A stretch of 64,000 nucleotides of DNA from Pirellulales bacterium (GTDB taxonomy: Bacteria > Planctomycetota > Planctomycetia > Pirellulales > JBBRCE01): the NCBI GenBank assembly GCA_038205115.1, contig JBBRCE010000009.1:34928-98927 (forward strand). The letters run 5' to 3'. The position numbers and the translations under genes were made by a program. Below are positions 56,556 to 64,000 of the stretch, piece by piece; positions within the stretch are counted from its first letter, which is position 1; each line of letters opens with the position of its first letter. The notes beneath the pieces are model-generated. The model saw only the letters and a program-made list of their open reading frames with translations, searched no databases and was not told where the DNA came from.

Positions 56556-59159
56556 ATGTATTACTTGCTTCGCATTTCGGGTTTTGACACCAGCCGCATT
56601 CCCGACGGCGCGGAAACGCGATTCGCCTGGGGAAATCCGCAGGTGTCGTGGATGGCACTCCTTTACTTGGCGCTGGTGGCCGGGTTGGCGTACGGCGTGT
56701 TTTATCTCTATCGCCGGGAGCTCGACACCTGCCCACGTTGGGCCCGATTGACGCTGGCGACCATCCGCGTAGGCATCCTGTTGCTACTCGCGCTGGTGTT
56801 TTTGAATCCGACCGTGGCCTGGGTCAAAAAGACCGAATTCGAGCCGTACGTTGTGCTGCTGATCGACGGATCGCAATCGTTTGGCAAAGTGGACAGTTAC
56901 CTGGATGAGACGTCCATTGCGCCCGTATTGGCCGCCACGGGTCGCACGGCCGAATCGATCCGCGCCAAGCCGCCGACGCGCCTCGAGATTGCCGCCGACA
57001 TTTTCAACAAGGACAACGGTGCCATCCTCCGACAACTGGCGAGTCGCGGAAACCTTAAGGTCATGACTTTTGCCAGCAAGACCAGCGATGTCTATTCGCT
57101 GCGTCGCGAAGGCAAATCCAGCGACGCCAAAACCGAAAGCGAAAAGCTACTCGACAAGCCAGCCGGCGGTGCCAATTTGCCAGCGCTGGGTGACAATTCT
57201 GCTCTGGCCACTTCGGGCGTGGCTCCCGATGCCGCGGCAACCTCAGACGGCAAAACGCCGCCCACCCTGGTCCAGTTGCCGCCGCTGTCAGCAACGGGCT
57301 CCAGCACGCTGATTGCCAAGGCCATTCGCGAAACACTGAAGAAAATGCCCGGCAGTCCGATTGCCGGAATCGTACTGGTCAGCGACGGTCAAGATACGGC
57401 CAAAGACGATGACCCGCTGGCCGCGGCCGATCGCGCCGGCCTGCAAAAAACGCCGCTGTTCACCGTTGGCGTGGGCGATCCGAATAAGCCCAAGAGCATC
57501 ACGCTCACGGATTTTTATGCCGACGAGCAAGTATGGCGTTCCGATCCCTTCGAAATGCAAGCCACGGTGCAGTCGCAAGGCTTCGACAAACTGGAAATCG
57601 AAATTGAACTGACCGAGCAAGCGCTGGACGCCAACGGCACGCCGGTCGGCAGCGCCACCAGTATCGAACGCCGCAAGCTGACGCTCAACGAAACCGGCGG
57701 ACCGCAAAAGATCGCGTTCAAGCACGCGCAAAAAAAGAATGGCTCCTACGTTTACACCGCGCAAATTCCGCCGCAAAAGGACGAATCGCCCGACGCCGTC
57801 AACATTAAAACGGTCAATGTCAAAGTGCTGGAAGAAAAAGCTCGCGTGCTGCTGATCGCCGGCGCGCCGACGTGGGAATATCGCCTGGTTTCCGGATTGT
57901 ATATCCGCGATCCAACCATTGACGTTTCCTGTTGGTTGCAGTCGATGGACCCGGAAATGCAGCAAGAGGGCAACACGCCCATCGCCAAGTTGCCGTTTAC
58001 CTACGAAGAACTTGGCAAATACGACTTGATCATGATGTTCGATCCCGAGCCGGAAGAATTTAATGAAGCCTGGTTCGCCGCCCTGAAAAAGTATGTCGCC
58101 GATCGTGCAGGCGGATTCTTGTACATGGCCGGACCAAAATATTCCAGTCGCTTTTTTTCCACCGCGCGGACGCAAGCCATTAAAGACGTTTTGCCGGTGA
58201 CGCTGACCGACGTCAACGCCATGGAGTTGGAATCGCTCACCGCCAAAAGCAATCGCGAGTGGCCGCTGAGCGTTGTGCCGGCCGAGTTGGATCATCCCGT
58301 GATGCGGTTCGATACCGACGCCAAGACCAATCGGGATCGCTGGGAAAAAATGCCAGGCATCTTCTGGAGTTTTCCGCTCAAAGACATCAAACCGGCATCG
58401 CACGTACTGCTGGAACACAGCGATATCGACCTGCGCACGCCGCGCGGGCCACGGCCCCTGCTGGTGACCAATCAGTATGGCGGCGGGCGCACGGCCTTCA
58501 TGGGCTTCAACGGCACGTGGCGCTGGCGGCGCGTCGGTCGAGACGCCGAATATTTCAATAAGTACTGGGTGCAAATGTGTCGCTACCTGGTCGAAGGAAA
58601 ATTGCTGTCCAGCAAACGCCGCGGCACGATCGATCTGGGCGGCGAAAAATTCCACGTCGGAGATCAGATCGTTATCAAGGCAAACCTCACCGATGCCGGT
58701 TTCCGTCCGCTGGAGGAAAAGAAAGTCGTCGCCAAAGTGGCCGACGCCAAAGGCAACGCGTTCAATCTGGATCTTAAGCCCTCGGCCAGTGGGCAATTCA
58801 CCGGCTCCATGATTGGTTCAAGCCTCGGCAAGAACCGCATCACCATCAACTTGCCCGGCGAAAAGACGGGCGAGGCGGTGTCGGTCTCTAAGGATTTCGA
58901 CGTGGAAGTTTCGCGCATTGAATTCGACGATTCCCGGCTGAATCGCGGAAAACTTCGCGAATGGGCCGAGAAGTCGGGCGGCAAGTATTTCGATATCGAC
59001 CACGTGAGCGAAATTGCCGCCAACATTCCCGATCGCACCGAGACGCAACCGCTGATCAGCAAGCCAGAACATTTATGGGATAACAGTCACGTGCTCATCC
59101 TGCTGGTGGCGCTGTTGACCATCGAGTGGGCGGCCCGCAAGCGATTCAAGCTGATGTAA
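56556..59159 (+). CDS. Large membrane protein of the Bat/MoxR operon (two N-terminal TM helices, vWA-like and GATase1-like regions by eye, C-terminal TM)
   Basis: ..VVLLIDGSQSF.., ..GIVLVSDGQDT.., ..YDLIMMFDPEPEEF..GGFLYMAG... C-terminal ..VLILLVALLTIEWAARKR. Confidence 0.7.
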   Translation: MYYLLRISGFDTSRIPDGAETRFAWGNPQVSWMALLYLALVAGLAYGVFYLYRRELDTCPRWARLTLATIRVGILLLLALVFLNPTVAWVKKTEFEPYVVLLIDGSQSFGKVDSYLDETSIAPVLAATGRTAESIRAKPPTRLEIAADIFNKDNGAILRQLASRGNLKVMTFASKTSDVYSLRREGKSSDAKTESEKLLDKPAGGANLPALGDNSALATSGVAPDAAATSDGKTPPTLVQLPPLSATGSSTLIAKAIRETLKKMPGSPIAGIVLVSDGQDTAKDDDPLAAADRAGLQKTPLFTVGVGDPNKPKSITLTDFYADEQVWRSDPFEMQATVQSQGFDKLEIEIELTEQALDANGTPVGSATSIERRKLTLNETGGPQKIAFKHAQKKNGSYVYTAQIPPQKDESPDAVNIKTVNVKVLEEKARVLLIAGAPTWEYRLVSGLYIRDPTIDVSCWLQSMDPEMQQEGNTPIAKLPFTYEELGKYDLIMMFDPEPEEFNEAWFAALKKYVADRAGGFLYMAGPKYSSRFFSTARTQAIKDVLPVTLTDVNAMELESLTAKSNREWPLSVVPAELDHPVMRFDTDAKTNRDRWEKMPGIFWSFPLKDIKPASHVLLEHSDIDLRTPRGPRPLLVTNQYGGGRTAFMGFNGTWRWRRVGRDAEYFNKYWVQMCRYLVEGKLLSSKRRGTIDLGGEKFHVGDQIVIKANLTDAGFRPLEEKKVVAKVADAKGNAFNLDLKPSASGQFTGSMIGSSLGKNRITINLPGEKTGEAVSVSKDFDVEVSRIEFDDSRLNRGKLREWAEKSGGKYFDIDHVSEIAANIPDRTETQPLISKPEHLWDNSHVLILLVALLTIEWAARKRFKLM

Positions 59160-59278
59160 CTCAGTTCCGTTGGGCGATTGCGATTGCCAATTACGTCGGC
59201 CATGCAACGCAAAACCGATTCCAAACCTACCACGCACGCCGGTGCGCAACGACCAGCTCGCGATTGAGATTTTCCGCA

Positions 59279-61534
59279 ATGACGAATGCGATTATGCCGC
59301 CGCCAGAAATTCCCGGGCCGCTGGTTGACAAGCTCAGCCGACTCCGCCGCGGCGTCACCAGTTGGTTAGCCATCGATGGACTGCGCCGGCTCTTGATTTG
59401 GACGATAGGTCTCGGCGTGCTGGATGTTGCCATCGATTACCGCTTCCATCTGGATATGATCCAACGCGTGGTCATGCTGTTGGCAGTGCTCGGCGTGCTG
59501 GCTTACATCTTTTATCGGCACATCATCACGCCTTTACAACAACATCTCAGCGACGACGCACTCTGCTTGGAAGTTGAACATCGCAACCAAGCGCTGGGCG
59601 AAAGCTTGATCAGCGCATTGCAGTTTTCTCGCGGCTACGACGCGGAAGCCCACGGCGTCTCGGCGCAGTTGGTGCGCGCCACCATCGACCGCGGCGCTGC
59701 GGAATCGGAGCATGTCGAATTCTCCAGCGTGTTGGATCGGCAGACGTTTTTGCGAAACCTGGTGCTGGCCGGAATTGGCTTGCTGCTGCTGCTCGGCGCC
59801 GGCGTCTCCGTGGCATCGACCGATACCATGCGCACCTGGTTCAGCCGCAACCTGCTGCTGGGCAGTAAAGAGTGGCCGCAAGACACTGTGTTGAACATCA
59901 AGGGCGTCCGTAACGGGCGTTTGCTGTTGCCGCGCGGCGACGACTGGGACCAAGTGGTGGACGTCACCGGACGTATTCCCGACGTCGTCGAACTGGACTA
60001 TCAGCCGCATGGCTCGTCGCGTTCCACGGAGCCGATGACCAAGCAGGGCGATCGCCAGTTTCATGCCACCTTCAAAAATGTGTTGAGCGAATTTCGATTC
60101 CGCGTCCGCGGCGGCGACGCGCAATCGTCGTGGATCGAAGTCGAATTGATCGATCGGCCCAGCATCGCCGATCTGAAATTGGATTTGGTTTCTCCGGCCT
60201 ACATGCAGGCCGCCGATCGCGCTTTGCCGCCGGGCCGAGGGCCCTACGACGTTTATCCCGGTAGCAGCATCAAGGTGCATGGCGTGGCCAACAAGCCGCT
60301 GGCCAACGTGCGATTGCTCTTTGGCGATCACGACGTGGTGCAGGCGAAAGTCGACGGCAAAGCGCGCGAATTCGACGCCCAACTGAATCCGTCGCAATTG
60401 GCCAGCCGCACCTATTCCATCGAATTGACGGACACGGACCAATGGTCATCAAAACACGCCACGCGATTCACGCTCAAGATGAAGCCGGATCGCGAGCCGG
60501 TCGTTAAGGCGAGTCCGGTTGGCATCAGCAGCATGATTGTGCCGGGCGCGCGGATCCCGCTGAATTGCCAGCTCTCCGATGATTTTGCGGTGACCTCCGC
60601 CAAGTTGCTCTGGAATTGGCACTCCGAAGGCACCGACCAAACGTCGGGCACCGGCGAACAGCCGCTGACCGAACTGGAAGCCAACTACAATCAGCCCAAA
60701 GTCGGTGGCACTCATACGTTCGATACCGAACCACTCAAGTTACCCATCGGCGGCGTACTGGCGATGCATGTCGAAGCGCGCGACAACGACGTGGTGTCGG
60801 GCGACAAGGTCGCGCCGATCGGCAAAGTGGGCAAATCCGACGACGCAGTGCTGAAAATCGTTTCGACCGACGAACTTCGCGCGGAATTATTACGTCGCGA
60901 GAAGGAACAACGCCTTGAGGTTGAGCGTCTATTGAAAGACGAGGACGAACTTGTCACCGACACCCGCGCCGTGCAAGCCAATGGCCGGGACCAGCCGGCG
61001 CTGGTTGACGCGGACCGTAAGTTGTTGGAGACGTCGCTGAAAAAGCAGATGCTTTGCGCCGACCGCTGCAAGCAAGTCGCCACGCACATGGAATCGATCG
61101 TGCTGGAAATGCAGAACAATCGGCTGGAAGAGGAAAACGGCGCGCTGAAAGAAGAATTCAAAGGCAACATCAAACGCATCCAAGACAACATCATCAAACC
61201 GCTGAATCTGCTTTCGAAAGAATCCGTGCCGCAAGCCACCGCGCTGCTCGACACGGCTCGCCGCAACTCCAAAGAGGCCAAGCCGCGGGATATTGCGCTG
61301 CAAGAGTCGGTGGTCGTCCAAGAGCGAATGGCCAAATCAATGCGCGACATCCTCAAATACATGGCCAAAACCGAGGGATATCAGGAAATCATCAACCAGC
61401 TTTACGCAGTCATCAAGTCTCAGTCCGAAGTCGCCGAACCGACCGCCAAAGAAGCGCATCGCCGGATCAATGAACTTATTAACCCGCCGAGCGACAAACC
61501 GGATGACGCAAAGCCCCAACCCGGCAAGCCATAA
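59279..61534 (+). CDS. Membrane-anchored hypothetical protein (DUF4175-like by memory) with C-terminal coiled coil
   Basis: ATG 59279 avoids overlap with the previous gene. N-terminal TM pair (LLIWTIGLGVLDVAIDY.., VVMLLAVLGVLAYIFY). Coiled coil in the last roughly 250 aa. Confidence 0.65.
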   Translation: MTNAIMPPPEIPGPLVDKLSRLRRGVTSWLAIDGLRRLLIWTIGLGVLDVAIDYRFHLDMIQRVVMLLAVLGVLAYIFYRHIITPLQQHLSDDALCLEVEHRNQALGESLISALQFSRGYDAEAHGVSAQLVRATIDRGAAESEHVEFSSVLDRQTFLRNLVLAGIGLLLLLGAGVSVASTDTMRTWFSRNLLLGSKEWPQDTVLNIKGVRNGRLLLPRGDDWDQVVDVTGRIPDVVELDYQPHGSSRSTEPMTKQGDRQFHATFKNVLSEFRFRVRGGDAQSSWIEVELIDRPSIADLKLDLVSPAYMQAADRALPPGRGPYDVYPGSSIKVHGVANKPLANVRLLFGDHDVVQAKVDGKAREFDAQLNPSQLASRTYSIELTDTDQWSSKHATRFTLKMKPDREPVVKASPVGISSMIVPGARIPLNCQLSDDFAVTSAKLLWNWHSEGTDQTSGTGEQPLTELEANYNQPKVGGTHTFDTEPLKLPIGGVLAMHVEARDNDVVSGDKVAPIGKVGKSDDAVLKIVSTDELRAELLRREKEQRLEVERLLKDEDELVTDTRAVQANGRDQPALVDADRKLLETSLKKQMLCADRCKQVATHMESIVLEMQNNRLEEENGALKEEFKGNIKRIQDNIIKPLNLLSKESVPQATALLDTARRNSKEAKPRDIALQESVVVQERMAKSMRDILKYMAKTEGYQEIINQLYAVIKSQSEVAEPTAKEAHRRINELINPPSDKPDDAKPQPGKP

Positions 61535-61737
61535 ACCCATAAGCTACCGGCCGGCGCCAAACATTCGCTGGCGGGCGAGCATAGCAGCAATGCGTTACAA
61601 ACCGAGAAATTCTGGCACGTCACCCGCCAACACGTTACGATATTGGAACTTGCCAATCGCCAAAAAAATCTTGGCCACGGCATTCATGGACCGGGCCGCC
61701 GCAAAAACGGCCGGCCTTTCAGACAGGAGCTGATGGT

Positions 61738-63774
61738 ATGAAGCTAATTCGCAATTGGCACTATCTGCTGGCCATGTTGCTGGCCGTCGCCACGGTCCGA
61801 GCGGAAGACGCGGCAGTGGAAACCGACCCAGCCGCAAAGCCCACCAATGCGCTGAGCGTCAGGCAAGACCACGTTAAGCGCATGATGCAGGACCTCGACC
61901 AAAAATTTGTCGAGCTAGCTCGTTCCATCGAAAAATCCGAGCCCGCACAGGCCAAGCGGCTGATCGAAGCGCTGCAGCAATCGCGCGAGCTGACCATCGA
62001 AGGGCGGATGGGCAAAATTGCCACCTTGCTCAATCAAACTCAGTTCGATACCGCCAGCGAAGAGCAGAAGCTGGTCATCAACGATCTAAAAAAATTGATC
62101 CACATCTTGCTGGAAGACGAACTGGACAAAGATCGCATCCAGGCCGAAATCGACCGGTTGGAGAAATGGAAAGCCCAACTCGATCAACTCATTCCCGAAC
62201 AAACCAACGAAAAGCGCGACAGTGAAAAGCTGGCTGATAAAGACAAAACGCTGAACGACTTGGGCCAGCAGATTGCCGCCTTGGAAGCCATCATTCAAAA
62301 GCAGCAAGCGGTCATCGACAACACGGTGACGAATCGCGCTCAAGGTGTTCAAGCACTCGGCAAACCGGCGGAGCAGCAGGCTGCGGTCCGCAAAGAAACG
62401 CAAGATTTAGCCAAGCAAATTGGCAAGCCGCGTCAAGACGATGATGCAGCCAAAGACCCCGCAAAAGACGACAGCAAGCCGGGCGAAGCCGGTGGCAAAC
62501 CGGGCGAAGCCGGTGGCAAGCCGGGCGAAGCAGGTGGCAAGCCGGGCGAAGCCGGTGGCAAGCCGGGCGAAGCCGGTGGCAAGCCGGGCGAAGCCGGTGG
62601 CAAGCCGGGCGAAGCCGGTGGCAAGCCCGATCCATCTGCCGGAAAAGAGCCGGGGCAGCAATCCATTGAGAAAGCAACCGATAAGCAAAAGGCTGCAGAA
62701 GAAAACCTCGGTCAGGGCAAAGGCAAAGCTGCCGAAAGCGACGAACGGGCCGCCTTGGACGAACTAGGAAAAGCCTTGGACGAATTGAAGAAAGAACAAT
62801 CGCGGATCGCATCGTTGCCGCCCGAAGCATTTAACGAACTGGCCAAAAACCAAGACGGCACCGCCGACAAAACGGCCAAGCTCGGCGACGACATGAAAAA
62901 AGCTGCCGACGACGCCGCGGCTGCTGGCGAGTCCGGCGGCGGACCGCCGGGCGAAAGCGGCGAATCCGGCCCTGCTGGTCAAAAATCGATTCAAGACGCG
63001 CAAGACTCCATGAAGCAAGCCTCGGGCGGCTTGCAAAAAAAGGATCCCAAACAAGCGGCCAATAAGCAAAAAAAGGCCGTCAAGGATCTCAAGAACGCCC
63101 GCGAAGAAATTGAAAAGCGACTGGCGCAATTGCGGAAAGAGCAGCAACTCGAAAAGCTGGCTGCCCTGGAAGCCCGCTTCCGAGAAATGCTCACCCGCCA
63201 ACAACCGCTTACGATTGCCACCGGCGCCGTCGACCGACAGCGGATCGCCGGCAAGCTCCGCCGCACCGACCGTCTGGCCCTGGTGAAGGTTTCCGATGAG
63301 GAGAAACTCGTCGGCGAGATGGCGCAAAAAGCGCTCGACATCATCGTGGAAGACGGCACCAGCGTGGTCTTTGCCCAGGTCACCGGGCAACTCCGTGACG
63401 ACCTGCGTGGCGTGTCGGATTTAATCCGAGGCGAGCGGACCGACAAATACGTGCAGTCCCAGCAGAAGGAAATCGAAAAGACGCTGGCCGAATTGATCGA
63501 GGCCTTGCAACAGGCCCAAAAACAGGCCGACAGCGATAGCGATTCCGACAGTGACGACAGCATGATGGACGATAACGAGCCGCTGCTGCCGAACTCGGCC
63601 GAGCTCAAATTGCTGAAATCGGCGCAAATGCGTGTCAATCGGCGCACTGCGTCCTTCGAGCAGAACCGGCCGCAAGGCGAATTGGAAACCGTACTCAAGC
63701 AAGAGGTTCGCAACATCGCCAAGCGGCAAGAAGAGGTGATGCAAATGACCGAAAAGCTGAGCGAACGCAAATAA
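61738..63774 (+). CDS. Secreted coiled-coil protein with GGKPGEA heptad tandem repeats
   Basis: Signal peptide MKLIRNWHYLLAMLLAVATVRA. Long K/E/Q/A-rich coiled coils. Seven KPGEAGG copies. DSDSDSDSDD tract. Confidence 0.75.
   Translation: MKLIRNWHYLLAMLLAVATVRAEDAAVETDPAAKPTNALSVRQDHVKRMMQDLDQKFVELARSIEKSEPAQAKRLIEALQQSRELTIEGRMGKIATLLNQTQFDTASEEQKLVINDLKKLIHILLEDELDKDRIQAEIDRLEKWKAQLDQLIPEQTNEKRDSEKLADKDKTLNDLGQQIAALEAIIQKQQAVIDNTVTNRAQGVQALGKPAEQQAAVRKETQDLAKQIGKPRQDDDAAKDPAKDDSKPGEAGGKPGEAGGKPGEAGGKPGEAGGKPGEAGGKPGEAGGKPGEAGGKPDPSAGKEPGQQSIEKATDKQKAAEENLGQGKGKAAESDERAALDELGKALDELKKEQSRIASLPPEAFNELAKNQDGTADKTAKLGDDMKKAADDAAAAGESGGGPPGESGESGPAGQKSIQDAQDSMKQASGGLQKKDPKQAANKQKKAVKDLKNAREEIEKRLAQLRKEQQLEKLAALEARFREMLTRQQPLTIATGAVDRQRIAGKLRRTDRLALVKVSDEEKLVGEMAQKALDIIVEDGTSVVFAQVTGQLRDDLRGVSDLIRGERTDKYVQSQQKEIEKTLAELIEALQQAQKQADSDSDSDSDDSMMDDNEPLLPNSAELKLLKSAQMRVNRRTASFEQNRPQGELETVLKQEVRNIAKRQEEVMQMTEKLSERK
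62476..62628. repeat. 21-bp tandem repeat x7, in frame within 61738..63774
   Basis: Unit aagccgggcgaagccggtggc starts at 62476 and repeats every 21 bp to 62622 with 1-2 substitutions. A partial eighth copy follows. Confidence 0.95.
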
Positions 63775-63853
63775 ACTCGGCGGCCGGTGCGATCCACTGG
63801 CGGCCGCGCAACGCCGATTTTTACTTCAAATCGATCGATTGGTCAGGGGGACG

Positions 63854-64000
63854 ATGACCATGCATTTCTACCGCTTCACCGCTTTCGCGATCATCGCATC
63901 CGCGCTACTTGTTTGCTCGGCCGCTGCCGCCGCTGACGACAAAGTGCCGCCCGCCGATCAGTCAACCGCGCCTGCGGCCAAAGCAGCCAAGCCGGCCGAC
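63854..64000 (+). CDS. Secreted hypothetical protein, 5' part only (runs off the window)
   Basis: ATG 63854 gives MTMHFYRFTAFAIIASALLVCSAAAAADDKVPPADQ... Open in frame to base 64000. Not in the ORF track. Confidence 0.5.
   Translation, partial: MTMHFYRFTAFAIIASALLVCSAAAAADDKVPPADQSTAPAAKAAKPAD

Overview
The window is a high-GC chromosomal segment that looks like Planctomycetota, Pirellulales-like. That placement is an inference from a DUF1559 'H-x9-DG' prepilin-like protein, PEP-CTERM proteins, a MoxR/DUF58/BatA operon and many PQQ-like propellers. All domain and family calls come from motifs I read in the translations; no searches were run. Gene density is high, and I saw no rRNA, CRISPR array, transposase, integrase or phage genes.

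**Content by region**
- **1-17.3 kb, minus strand:** one co-linear respiratory cluster. It runs Rieske protein, split b6-type cytochrome b, a 1648-aa octahaem cytochrome c, three tandem cupredoxin-like paralogs, a dihaem cytochrome c, then ctaC-ctaD-ctaA-ctaB.
- **17.7-20.8 kb:** a DUF1559 protein and two PEP-CTERM proteins.
- **21.3-37 kb:** envelope and housekeeping genes (murC, murB, an SDR epimerase, lpxK, manC-like, ilvB).
- **29.3-30.9 kb, inside that block:** an orphan polymorphic-toxin C-terminal module with a frameshifted ankyrin/SUFU-like immunity gene.
- **36.9-37.4 kb:** a hicB/hicA pair in which hicA carries a 1-nt frameshift.
- **38.8-44.2 kb:** a three-gene operon of HlyD-like adaptor proteins with no pump gene. 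One is fused to a PqqD-like domain plus an M50 protease, and one to GAF domains.
- **44.9-45.0 kb:** tRNA-Asp.
- **47.4-63.8 kb:** a MoxR-DUF58-BatA/vWA operon of about 16 kb.

Several short tandem repeats are also present, with 27-, 21-, 15- and 14-bp units.
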